Assembly: GCA_950097015.1 (NCBI GenBank)
Contig: CATNEN010000038.1
Location: 28,644,001-28,708,000, forward strand
DNA from: Macrostomum hystrix
Lineage: Eukaryota > Animalia > Platyhelminthes
DNA: 64,000 nt
Direction: 5' to 3'
The stretch's first letter is position 1. The number at the start of each line of letters is the position of its first letter. A model generated the notes under the pieces. It was given only the letters and a program-made list of their open reading frames with translations, was not told the origin of the DNA and did no database searches. Of the stretch, positions 35,801-48,000 are shown in pieces. Both the position numbers and the translations under genes were made by a program.

Positions 35801-38800
35801 GAGTCTACCGAAATCCCATCCAGTCACCAGAGTCCACCGAAATCCCATCCAGTACACCAGAATCCAACGAAATCCCATCCAGTTCACCAGAGTCTACCGA
35901 AATCCCATCCAGTTCGCCAGAGTCTACCGAAATCCCATCCAGTACACCAGAATCCAACGAAATCCCATCGAGTACACCAGAATCCAGTAAAATCCCATCC
36001 AGTTCACCAGAGTCTACCGAAATCCCATCCAGTTCACAAGAATCCAACGAAATCCAATCCAGTACACCAGAATCCAACGAAATCCCATCCAGTACACTAG
36101 AGTCTACCGAAATCCCATCCAGTTCACTAGAGTCTACCGAAATCCCATCCAGTTCACCAGAATCCACCGAAATCCCATCCAGTTCACCAGAATCCAGTAA
36201 AATCCCATCCACTACACCAGAGTCTACCGAAATCCCATCCAGTCACCAGAGTCCACCGAAATCCCATCCAGTTCACTAGAGTCGACCGAAATCCCATCCA
36301 GTTCACCAGAGTCTACCGAAATCCAATCCAGTACACCAGAATCCAGCGAAATCCCATCGAGTACACCAGAATCCAGTAAAATCTCATCCAGTCACCAGAG
36401 TCTACCGAAATCCCATCCAGTTCACAAGAATCCAACGAAATCCAATCCAGTACACCAGAATCCAACGAAATCCCATCCAGTACACTAGAGTCTACCGAAA
36501 TCCCATCCAGTTCACTAGAGTCTACCGAAATCCCATCCAGTTCACTAGAGTCTACCGAAATCCCATCCAGTACACCAGAATCCAGCGAAACCCCTTCCTG
36601 TAAATCTAATTCTACTGAAATCCCCATTCACTTAAATCCCCATGTACACCAGAGCGCTAGAGGAATAGAGCGGCACGGAATGCACAATCAGTGTAGAGAG
36701 AACAAAGAGCCAACCAATCAGCGCACGAGTTGGGGGTTAGATAGTCAACCAAGGGGTAGAAAAAGTGAGCTAACCAATCAGCGCACGAGTTGGTGTTAGA
36801 TTGGTAACCAAGGGGTAGAAAAAGTGAGCTAACCAATCAGCGCACGAGTTGGTGTTAGATAGTCAACCAAGGGGTAGAAAAAGAGAGCTAAACCAATCAG
36901 CGCCGAGTTGGGGTTGAGATTAAACCAGGGGTGGTAAAAATATTGTTAAGATTGAACAGAGTATCCGAAAGCATGTAAGCAGGGAAATAGATAATCCAGC
37001 CTTTTCTGTCAATCAATTTACGCCACAGGAGTCACTGCTGCGAAGGTCTGGCACGGATCTGCCGCTCCTACTGCCGTCACCTCCTGTCCGCAACAGCTGG
37101 CAGATTTTGGCACATTGTCGCCGTTGATGACACAGACGCTGGCAATGCAAGCATTAGCAGCAGCAGCAGCAGCTGTATAAAAATTTGCCGAGGGCGCCAA
37201 ATTGCATGCAGTTGCGTTTGCCATCGCAGAAAAGTACAATCGCGAGTAGGAGACGAACAAGAAAATGATGAAAGTGACAATGAAGAGTGTCGAATGCTGC
37301 CTCAGTCCTGCCAAAGCGAATGTCGCAATTCACACCTGCTGGCATCGGACAGCGCCATAGAGATGACTTCATTGTGCTGCTACGGTCGGATGATGCACTC
37401 TAGTTCCAGACTGAGCGAGGATGGACCAGTGTACAGGTGAGTTTTTACCTAAACCCTTTGACTAGGTTTTCGAGAAAATTATTCTCAAATTAAAAATATA
37501 TAATACAAAAATAGTCCATCAGAAACGAGTCGTTTGTTTCATAGAATCGACATAAATTTCGATTCATAACTTTGAAATCAGAAAATATTTCCTAGAAAGG
37601 CCAGGTTTTTTAGAATTTACATACGTTTCCTAGAAAATTTTCTTTTCCTAAACTGGCCATATATTTTGTTGGCACGCTACGTAAGGTTTGCTAAAATTAA
37701 CATAAGTTTCTTAGAATCGTTATAGGGTTTTTTAGAATCAGCGTGGGTTTCTTTGAATAATAAAATGGGTTTCCTAGAATCCACATTTGTTTCTAGGAAT
37801 CGGTATTTTTTCTTGAAGTACTAGAAGCAACAGTATGAATCAACAGTATGAAGCAGCATAGGTTTCTAAGAATCAGCACGGGTTTGTTCTTTAGAATCGG
37901 AAAGGGTTTCGTAATATCAGAATAGATTTCTTAGAATAAACATTTGTTTCCTAGAAGCCGCATTGGTTTCTTAGAATTGGAATGGGTTTTTCGTAGAATC
38001 AGAATGTCTAGGTTTCTTTGAACCAGAATAGGTTTCTTAGAACCAGGATAGATTTCTTAGAACCAGAATGGGTTTCTTAGAACCAGAATAGGTTTCTTAG
38101 AACCAGAATAGGTTTCTTAGAACCAGAATGGGTTTCTTAGAACTAGTATGGGTTTCTTAGAACTAGAATAGGTTTCTTAGAACTAGAATAGGTTTCTTAG
38201 AACCAGAATAGGTTTCTTAGATCCAGAATAGGTTTCTTAGAACCAGAATAGGTTTCTTAGAACCAGAATAGGTTTCTTAGAACCAGAATAGGTTTCTTAG
38301 AACCAGAATAGGTTTCTTAGAACCAGAATAGGTTTCTTAGAACCAGAATAGATTTCTTAGAACTAGAATATGTTTCTTAGAACTAGAATATGTTTCTTAG
38401 AACCAGAATAGGTTTCTTAGAACCAGAATATGTTTCTTAGAACTAGAATATGTTTCTTAGAACTAGAATAGGTTTCTTAGAACCAGAATAGGTTTCTTAG
38501 AACCAGAATAGGTTTCTTAGAACTAGAATAGGTTTCTTAGAACCAGAAAAGTTCTCTAAAACTAGCTGACAGGAGTTATATGTCAAGAGCTTGTCAACAA
38601 AGTGATATTCGAAATAGGAAAACTAATTTATGACCGAGTTTAGACTTAACGACTGCGGATGAAGGACAATATAGGATCCCAGTGCTTCTGAATGCTGTCC
38701 CTTAGGAATATTTTTCTCTGACCTAATTCGTTGGGAAAAACTAGAAACACAGACTCAATCAAGTAATTTAATCAACTTTTATCGACTTTTAATTAAAAGT

Positions 38801-41800
38801 AGTAGCTCGCCGTTTCATAGGGAAATAGGACTGGCAAGAAAACAGAAGTGATATGAAGAGCATGGAGTGACTTGCAGAGAATATATTTACAATGATAAAA
38901 TACTTTGAAGGCGAGAATGGAATGACAAGAAGAGAATGGAGTGACAGGATGAGAATGGAGGGACAAGGGAAGAATGGAGTGATAAGTAGAGATAAGAGTG
39001 ACAAGGAGAGAATGAAGTGACAGGATGAGAATGGAGTGACAAGGAGAGAATGGAGTGACAGGATCAGAATTGAGTGACAAGATGAAAAGGGAGTGATAAG
39101 GAAGAGAATGGAGTGACAAGATGAAAAGTGAGTGACAAGGAGAGAATGGAGTGACAAGATAAGAATGGAGTGACAAGATGAAAAGGGAGCGACAAGGAAG
39201 AGAATGGAGTGACAAGATGAAAAGGGAGTGACAAGGAGAGAATGGAATGACAAAGAGAGAATTGGGTGACAATAAAAGAATGGAGTGAAAAGATGGGAAT
39301 GGAGTGAAAAGAATAGAATGGGGTGACAACGAGAGAACGTAGTGGCAAGGTCTAGCATAGTAGAAGTATCTATTAAGAATAACAAAAAAGAATAAATCAA
39401 AGGAAGAGAAGGTGAAGTGGGATTAAGCTCGTACATAACAAACTTGACTGCACAAGATAGATAATGGTGAAAGTGGTTAATTAATTTTCCTGCTAAAGCC
39501 ACAGACACACAGTTAGCAGAAGAGAAAAATTAATCGCAGCCTTTTGCAATGCCAAATTGATGTACGACTGCCTTCTTGGCTGAGTTTGCCAAGCCACTTT
39601 GAGCTGTCAGTTTTAAACTGGTTCCCATACTCCTTACTGACTCTAAATTGTGTTTGAGTATAGAAAAAGTCTACGTGAATAACTGGCCATAAAGAATTGA
39701 ATAAAATAGTTGCTAAGGGCCAGTTTTTTTATCCATTGTTGAAGCCAGACAGATAAACTAAGAGTCTACGATAAGAAAGCAAATGTCAGCAGAAAATGTA
39801 TGATCTATTAAATAATATGACAGTGCTATTCTGGGTCGGTTTGTACTTTATTGACACTGAATGCTACCATGCACGATGCTTGCTACTGATTTGTTTCGAT
39901 AAGTAGTATATATACGAGTTATTATATATTATATCCTATCAGTTGAGAAAAAATCTAACTGTTTTTAATTGATTAGTAATTTCGATGATTCCTGTGGTGT
40001 GATTCTACGATCTTCTGTCTAACAGGTTCGATGATCTGTCTAACAGGTTCGATGATCTTCTGTCTAACAGGTTCGATGATCTTCTGTCTAACAGGTTCGA
40101 TGATCTGTCTAACAGGTTCGATGATCTTCTGTCTAACAGGTTCGATGATCTTCTGTCTAACAGGTTCGATGATCATCTGTCTAACAGGTTCGATGATCTT
40201 CTGTCTAACAGGTTCGATGATCTTCTGTCTAACAGGTTCGATGATCTTCTGTCTAACAGGTTCGATGATCTTCTGTCTAACAGGTTCGATGATCTTCTGT
40301 CTAACAGGTTTGACGATCTTCTGTCTAACAGGTTCTATGATCTTCTGTCTAACAGGTTCGATGATCTTCTGTCTAACAGATTGGATGATCTTCTGTCTAA
40401 CAGGTTTGACGATCTTCTGTCTAACAGGTTCGATGATCTTCTGTCTAACAGGTTCGACGATCTTCTGTCTAACAGGTTCGATGATCTTCTGTCTAACAGG
40501 TTTCATAATCTTCTGTCTAACAGGTTTCATAATCTTCTGTCTAACAGGTTCGATGATCTTCTGTCTAACAGGTTCGATGATCTTCTGTCTAACAGGTTCG
40601 ATGATCTTCTGTCTAACAGGTTCGATGATCTTCTGTCTAACAGGTTCGATGATCTTCTGTCTAACAGGTTCGACGATCTTCTGTCTAACAGGTTCGATGA
40701 TCTTCTGTCTAACAGGTTTCATAATCTTCTGTCTAACAGGTTTCATAATCTTCTGTCTAACAGGTTCGATGATCTTCTGTCTAACAGGTTCGATGATCTT
40801 CTGTCTAACAGGTTCGATGATCTTCTGTCTAACAGGTTTGACGATCTTCTGTCTAACAGGTTCTATGATCTTCTGTCTAACAGGTTCGATGATCATCTGT
40901 CTAACAGGTTTGATGATCTTCTGTCTAACATGTTCAATGATCTTCTGTCTAACAGGTTCGATGATCTTCTGTCTAACAGGTTCGATGTTCTTCTGTCTAA
41001 CAGGTTCGACGATCTTCTGTCTAACAGGTTCGATGATCATCTGTCTAACAGGTTTCATAATCTTCTGTCTAACAGGTTTCATAATCTTCTGTCTAACAGG
41101 TTCGATGATCTTCTGTCTAACAGGTTCGATGATCTTCTGTCTAACAGGTTCGATGATCTTCTGTCTAACAGGTTCGATGATCTTCTGTCTAACAGGTTCG
41201 ATGATCTTCTGTCTAACAGGTTCGATGATCTTCTGTCTAACAGGTTTCATAATCTTCTGTCTAACAGGTTTCATAATCTTCTGTCTAACAGGTTCGATGA
41301 TCTTCTGTCTAACAGGTTCGATGATCTTCTGTCTAACAGGTTGGATGATCTTCTGTCTAACAGGTTGGATGATCTTCTGTCTAACAGGTTGGATGATCTT
41401 CTGTCTAACAGGTTCGATGATCTTCTGTCTAACAGGTTCGATGATCTTCTGTCTAACAGGTTGGATGATCTGTCTAACAGGTTGGATGATCTGTCTAACA
41501 GTTTCGATGATCTTCTCTCTAACAGGTTGGATGATCTGTCTAACAGGTTGGATGATCTGTCTAACAGGTTGGATGATCTTCTGTCTAACAGGTTCGATGA
41601 TCTTCTGTCTAACAGGTTCGATGATCTTCTGTCTAGCAGGTTCGATGATCTTCTGTCTAACAGGTTCGATGATCTTCTGTCTAACATGTTCAATGATCTT
41701 CTGTCTAACAGGTTCGATGATCTTCTGTCTAACAGGTTCGATGATCATCTGTCTAACAGGTTCGATGATTATCTGTCAAACAGGTTGGATTATGTTTCCC

Positions 41801-42448
41801 CTGCACTCCAACAGGTACGTAAGCAGCATTTCAATGGAACTTCAGCAGCAACAGCAGCAGCATAAAAATCCTGAAAGGCGATTCAATCACCTTTTGCACA
41901 TCAACAATGAGGAGCCTGGCGAGCTGAACAGCCAGACCATTGGCGCCCAGCTACAGAGTTTGAGGAGAATTTTATTAAACAATGAGTCCAACGAGATACA
42001 ATTCTGGCTGTTGGACACACTTCAGCAGCGAATCGAGGACGGACGTATTGGTGACTCGGTGAGGTGTTGTCGACTGCTTCTGCCATTGCTGATGCTACCA
42101 AACGACCAGCGACTCGGCGCTGCTGAAGAATTCGACAACTCAGTCGGCTGTCTGCCACGCCTGCTGCGTCAGTTGGAAGAACGTCAGAAGCGAATTCGAA
42201 CTCGCGACCTCTCAACAACTCCGCCATCGTCAGCCAGCGTGGACAGCTTACCTGCTGCAGCTGCCGCAGTCGGCCTTGGCGGCTGCGTTGAGCTAGAGCT
42301 CCGGCATCATCAGAAACATCGTCGCTGTTTAAGTCGACGCGTTGATGACGACAGACGAAATAGCGGCGCCGACGACTTTGGCGACTCAGTTGACGACATC
42401 GAGGACTGCTATCTTGATGACTCGGAGACATCGTCGGATGCTGACTGA
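32808..42448 (+). CDS. Uncharacterised ~347-aa protein; exons ...32808-32809 (AT), 37029-37436, 41815-42448; start codon split by intron 1
   Basis: Exon 1 ends AT|gtaagt and exon 2 starts cag|G-AGT-CAC. Exon 2 is open for its full 408 nt in that frame only and ends AG|gtgagt; exon 3 starts cag|G in phase 2 and runs to TGA at 42448. No family recognised; extra exons not excluded. Confidence 0.6.
33195..36640. repeat. 30-bp intronic minisatellite (CCGAAATCCCATCCAGTTCACCAGAGTCTA), about 115 copies
   Basis: Direct copies with interspersed variants. Confidence 0.95.
36700..36935. repeat. Four ~60-bp repeats each containing AACCAATCAGCGC(A)CGAGTTGG
   Basis: Direct copies at about 36712, 36772, 36831 and 36892. 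Confidence 0.85.
37560..38550. repeat. 20-bp minisatellite (GGTTTCTTAGAACCAGAATA), degenerate on the 5' side
   Basis: Homogeneous at 38030-38550, progressively diverged upstream. Confidence 0.9.
38915..39330. repeat. Degenerate ~20-bp repeat (GAATGGAGTGACAAG)
   Basis: Direct degenerate copies. Confidence 0.8.
40005..41795. repeat. 24-bp minisatellite (GTCTAACAGGTTCGATGATCTTCT)
   Basis: About 75 copies ending about 20 nt before the 41815 acceptor; same family as 53950-55020 in the opposite orientation. Confidence 0.95.
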
Positions 42449-42539
42449 TGAACAGTTCTGACTTCTGAAGGTCAGAAGTTCGAATCTGTAATAAATAATT
42501 CTAAACGCAATCGCTTCCAACGTGTCGCTGGTGAAAATT

Positions 42540-43952
42540 GGGTGAGATTTGATAGGGTAAGATTTGATAGGGTGAGATTTGATAGGGTGAGATTTGATAG
42601 GGTGAGATTGGATGGGGAGAGATTTGATAGGGTGAAATTTGATAGGGTGAGATTTGATAGGGTGAGATTTGATAGGGTCAGATATGACAGGGTGAGATTT
42701 GATAGATTAAGATTGGATGGGGAGAGATTTGAGAGGGTGAGATTTGATAGGGTGAGATTTGATGGGGTGAGATATGACAGGGTGAGATTTGATAGATTGA
42801 GATTGGATGGGGAGAGATTTGATAGGGTGAGATTCGATAGGGTGAGATTTGATAGGGGGAGATTCGATAGGGTGAGATTGGATGGGGTGAGATTTGATAG
42901 GGTGAGATTTGATAGGGTGAGATTTGATAGGGTGAGATATGACAGGGTGAGATTTGATAGATTGAGATTGGATGGGGAGAGATTTGATAGGGTGAGATTC
43001 GATAGGGTGAGATTTGATAGGGGGAGATTCGATAGGGTGAGATTGGATGGGGTGAGATTTGATAGGGTGAGATTTGATAGGGTGAGATTTGATAGGGTGA
43101 GATATGACAGGGTGAGATTTGATACATTGAGATTGGATGGGGAGAGATTTGATAAAGTGAGATTTGATAGGGTGAGATTTGATAGGGTGAGATTTGATAG
43201 GGTCAGATATGACAGGGTGAGATTTGATAGATTAAGATTGGATGGGGAGAGATTTGAGAGGGTGAGATTTGATAGGGTGAGATTTGATGGGGTGAGATAT
43301 GACAGGGTGAGATTTGATAGATTGAGATTGGATGGGGAGAGATTTGATAGGGTGAGATTCGATAGGGTGAGATTTGATAGGGGGAGATTCGATAGGGTGA
43401 GATTGGATGGGGTGAGATTTGATAGGGTGAGATTTGATAGGGTGAGATTTGATAGGGTGAGATATGACAGGGTGAGATTTGATAGATTGAGATTGGATGG
43501 GGAGAGATTTGATAGGGTGAGATTCGATAGGGTGAGATTTGATAGGGGGAGATTCGATAGGGTGAGATTGGATGGGGTGAGATTTGATAGGGTGAGATTT
43601 GATAGGGTGAGATTTGATAGGGTGAGATATGACAGGGTGAGATTTGATACATTGAGATTGGATGGGGAGAGATTTGATAAAGTGAGATTTGATAGGGTGA
43701 GATTTGATAGGGTGAGATTTGATAGGGTCAGATTTGAAAAGGTGAGATTTGATAGGGTTAGATTTGATAGGGTGAGATTTGATAGGGTGAGATTGGATGG
43801 GGTTAGTTTGATAGGGTGAGATTAGATGGGGTTAGTTTTATAGGGTGAGATTGGATGGGGAGAGATTTGATAGGGTGAGATTTGATAGGGTGAGATCTGA
43901 TAGGGTGAGATCTGATAGGGTGAGATTTGATAGGGTGAGATCTGATAGGGTG
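42540..43952. repeat. 15-bp satellite (GGGTGAGATTTGATA) with a 525-bp higher-order duplication
   Basis: 42678-43127 repeats at 43203-43652 (identical translations in the ORF track). Confidence 0.93.
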
Positions 43953-44499
43953 TTAAAATTTCGAGGACGACTTCGAGGACAGCTATCTTGACGAGTCTGA
44001 GACATCGTCGGATGCTAACTGATAAACAGTTCTGACTGGAGGTCAGAAGTTCGAATCTGTAAATAATTCTAAACGCAACAGTTTTGAATTCGTCAATGGT
44101 GAAAATTTCGATATAAATCTCTTTAGAAGTCTGCTTTCACAAATAAAAGATTCACTGAGATTCGTTATTTAATGTAAAAAAGACTGCAGTTTACAATTGT
44201 TTAAATACAAATAATACACATTAATTTAATGAATAAAAAGTATTTCTTTAAATGGTTATTTAAAAGATTCAGTTAAACTGTAATTGATTGTAACAAAGTG
44301 TAGCACAGATTTTAATGCACAAAGTCAATTTATACAGTAAAATGCTCGTTTCTTTCTAAAACAAAATTATAATTTACGATGTGCGGACACACGAAGAAGG
44401 CTTATTTTTGATACTTTTTGTTAGACGTGTGATTAAGGAAAATAGCTGCATTGGGTTTATCAGTACAGCATGCCACTTGTACATCGGTTAACGAAATTG

Positions 44500-44980
44500 A
44501 GAGAAAAAGAGAGAGGCGGAGAATGGGAGAGAATGGGGAGGGAAAGGAAAATGATGGGGAGAAATAGGGAGAGAAAATGTAGAGAGATGGGAGAAAGTGG
44601 GGAGAAAGAGGGGAGAGAGAAGGGAGAGAAAAGGGAGAGAGAGGTAGAGAGAAGGGAGAGAAAAGGGAGAGAGAGGGAGAGAGAAGGGAGAGAGAGGGAG
44701 AGAAAAGGGAGAGAGAAGGGAGAGAAAAGGGAGAGAGAGGGAGAGAGAGGGAGAGAAAAGGGAGAGAGAGGGAGAGAGAAGGGAGAGAGAGGGAGAGAAA
44801 AGGGAGAGAGAAGGGAGAGAAAAGGGAGAGAGAGGGAGAGAAAAGGGAGAGAGAAGGGAGAGAAAAGGGAGAGAGAGGGAGAGAGAGGGAGAGAAAAGGG
44901 AGAGAGAAGGGAGAGAAAAGGGAGAGAAAAGGGAGAGAGAAGGGAGAGAGAAGGAAGAGAGAAGGGAGAAGAGAGTGTAG
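44500..44980. repeat. G/A-rich low-complexity tract
   Basis: GGGAGAGA units between the convergent genes. Confidence 0.9.
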
Positions 44981-45073
44981 AGATGGTGTAAAATGTAAAA
45001 AATTGTCCGCGAACATCAATCATACAGATTAGAGCACAGATGGAGACACGATCAAAGCAGTAGTTCAAGCAGA

Positions 45074-48000
45074 TCAAGCATCCCCATCTCCCTCAAATCT
45101 CTGCTCGCATTTGAGCCTAACAAAGTGCATGGCGGCCCTGTCGCCTATTCGCTGGGCGAGGACTCGCAGCACAGCCTGTCCGGTGGCGTCCCGATTGAGC
45201 CGTCGCCCGAGCAGGCACCAGCAGGCGCAGCTGCCTTCGCCGAGGACTTCGCGGAGCTGCAGTACAGTGACGCCTACTAGGCTGTCCCGACCAGCCAGCC
45301 GGTAGTGACGGCAGCTGATCTGCAACTCGAACCACTCCGGATCATTGTCTGGCTGGAGGATGCTGACGATGGGGCGGGATTCTGACTGTGAGACTGGGTG
45401 AGATTTGATAGGGTGAGATTTGATAGGTTGAGATTTGATTGGGTGAGATTAGATGGGTGAAACTCGAAAGGGTGAGATTTGAAAGGGTGAGATTAGATTG
45501 GGTGAGATTTGATAGGGTGAGATTGGATGGGGTGAGATTTAAAAGGGTGAGATTTGAAAGGGTGAGATTTGATAGGGTGAGATTTGATAGGTTGAGATTT
45601 GATAGGGTGAGATTTGATAGGGTGAGATTTGATAGGGTGAGATTTGATAGGGTGAGATTGGATGGGGTGAGATTTGATAGGGTGAGATTTGATAGGGTGA
45701 GATTGGATGGGGTGAGATTTGAAAGGGTGAGATTTGAAAGGGTGAGGTTAGATTGGGTGAGATTAGATTAGGTGAAATTTTGATAGGGTGAGATAGATAA
45801 AGCCAGATTGAAAATGGTGAGATTGGACGGGTCGAGATTGAAAAATGAACAGGACATGGGTAAGCTGGCGATTATACTATTACTTGTGCACTTTAAAGAC
45901 ACTAAAAAACACAACTCACAAGTGAAACAGTTCATTGTACTTAGGCGCCTGGGTGCCCTTCCGGCAGCGGGTCGCGAATCTCTGCCGATTCAGTCCGCGG
46001 ACGGAACCTCCGTCCAGTCCCGGCCCAACCAGGGCCACCTCGATGTAGGGCCGGAACTGGCCAATAGGTTGCCACTTCAGACAACCGGCGGAAACAACGC
46101 GAACAGAGATTTTCACTTCACCTGTGGCTTCGTGCTTGAATAAGTCCACCTGAACTGACACCTCGCCTGTCTTGTCTTCAACGGCTAAGGAATCTGGAGT
46201 TTTATCGGTGACACAGATACCTGTTAAACTCCTGTTAGATACCTGTTAGATAGCTGTTAGATATCTGTCAGATAGCTGTTAGATATCTGTTAGATAACTG
46301 TTAGATACGTGTTAGACAACTGTTAGATATCTGTTAGATAGCTGTTAGATATCTGTCAGATAGCTGTTAGATATCTGTTAGATAACTGTTAGATACGTGT
46401 TAGACAACTGTTAGATATCTGTCAGATAACTGTTAGATAGCTGTTAGATATCTGTTAGATATCTCTTAGATAACTGTTAGATACGTGTTAGACAACTGTT
46501 AGATATTTGTTAGATAACTGTTAGATACGTGTTAGACAACTGTTAGATATTTGTTAGATAACTGTTAGATTTCTGTTAGACAACTTTTAGATATCTGATA
46601 CATACCTGTTAGATAGCTGTTAGATATCTGTTAGATAACTGTTAGATAACTGTTAGATACGTGTTAGACAACTGTTAGATATCTGTTAGATAGCTGTTAG
46701 ATATCTGTTAGATAACTGTTAGATAACTGTTAGATACGTGTTAGACAACTGTTAGATATCTGTGAAATATATGTTAGATAACTGTTAGATTTCGGTTAGA
46801 CAACTGTTAGAAAACTGTTAGATACGTGTTAGACAACTGTTAGATATATTTTAGATAACTGTTAGATACGTGTTAGACAACTGTTAGATATCTTTTAGAT
46901 AACTGTTAGACAACTGTTAGATATCTGTGAAATATCTGTTAGATAACTGTTAGATTTCTGTTAGACAACTGTTAGATATCTGTTAGATAGCTGTTAGACC
47001 ACTTTTAGGTACGTGTTCAATATCTCTTAAGTAACTGTTAGATATACTCTAAATCCATGTTAGACCCAGAGGCCACCTTTAAGAAGGTGACGCAACCTTC
47101 TATGAAATTTTCCTGAATGAAAATGTCTTTAACACCTTCGGAAATATACTTTCTCTTAGTTACCATTCTGCTCTGCTGTTCATTTCGTTAATTAGTCTGT
47201 TCGGTCAAAAGAAAACAAAATATTTTTTCACCGATAAGCACTTTGATTGGTCAAGCGAGACTTTTATAATTATTAAATCATGCAATTTCCACGTCAAATC
47301 TCTTTTTTAACGACTCACCTTGATTTGTCTGGGTGGCAACAAATAATTGAATTAAGGGTTCTGTGCTCTCAGAGTAGAGAGCCAGACAACAGCGCAGAGA
47401 ACGCAATTCTTGACTCTTCTCCAAGTAGGACAGTTTTAATCCGTTGCCATCGGCGTGGAAGTATTGCTTTATGGTTTCTATGACAACTAGAAAAACGTTG
47501 CATTGGTCACGCGTAAGCGGCTTTTGAGATTCCTGGAAATGAAAATGTGTGATTTACCGGTGATGTACAGATGTACAGGTGTGTGTTTGCCTGTTAGACA
47601 GGCAAGTGTACACCTGTTAGACAGGCAAGTGTGCACCTGTTAGACAGGCAAGTGTACACCTGTTAGACAGGCAAGTGTGCACCTGTTAGACAGGCACGTG
47701 TACACCTGTTAGACAGGCAAGTGTACACCTGTTAGACAGGCTAGTGTACACCTGTTAGACAGGCAAGTGTGCATCTGTTAGACAGGCAAGTGTGCACCTG
47801 TTAGACAGGCAAGTGTGCACCTGTTAGACAGGCACGTGTACACCTGTTAGACAGGCAAGTGTGCACCTGTTAGACAGGCAAGTGTACACCTGTTAGACAG
47901 GCAAGTGTACACCTGTTAGACAGGCAAGTGTGCACCTGTTAGACAGGCAAGTGTGCACCTGTTAGACAGGCACGTGTACACCTGTTAGACAGGCAAGTGT

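Noticed and set aside
33195-36640. (DSGELDGISV)n ORFs resembling a pentapeptide or ice-binding repeat protein
   Set aside because: 30-bp satellite with frequent 1-nt deletions breaking the frame; intronic.
39973-43819. Long ORFs of 425-805 aa in several frames
   Set aside because: Products of 24- and 15-bp repeats; only 41815-42448 is complex coding sequence.
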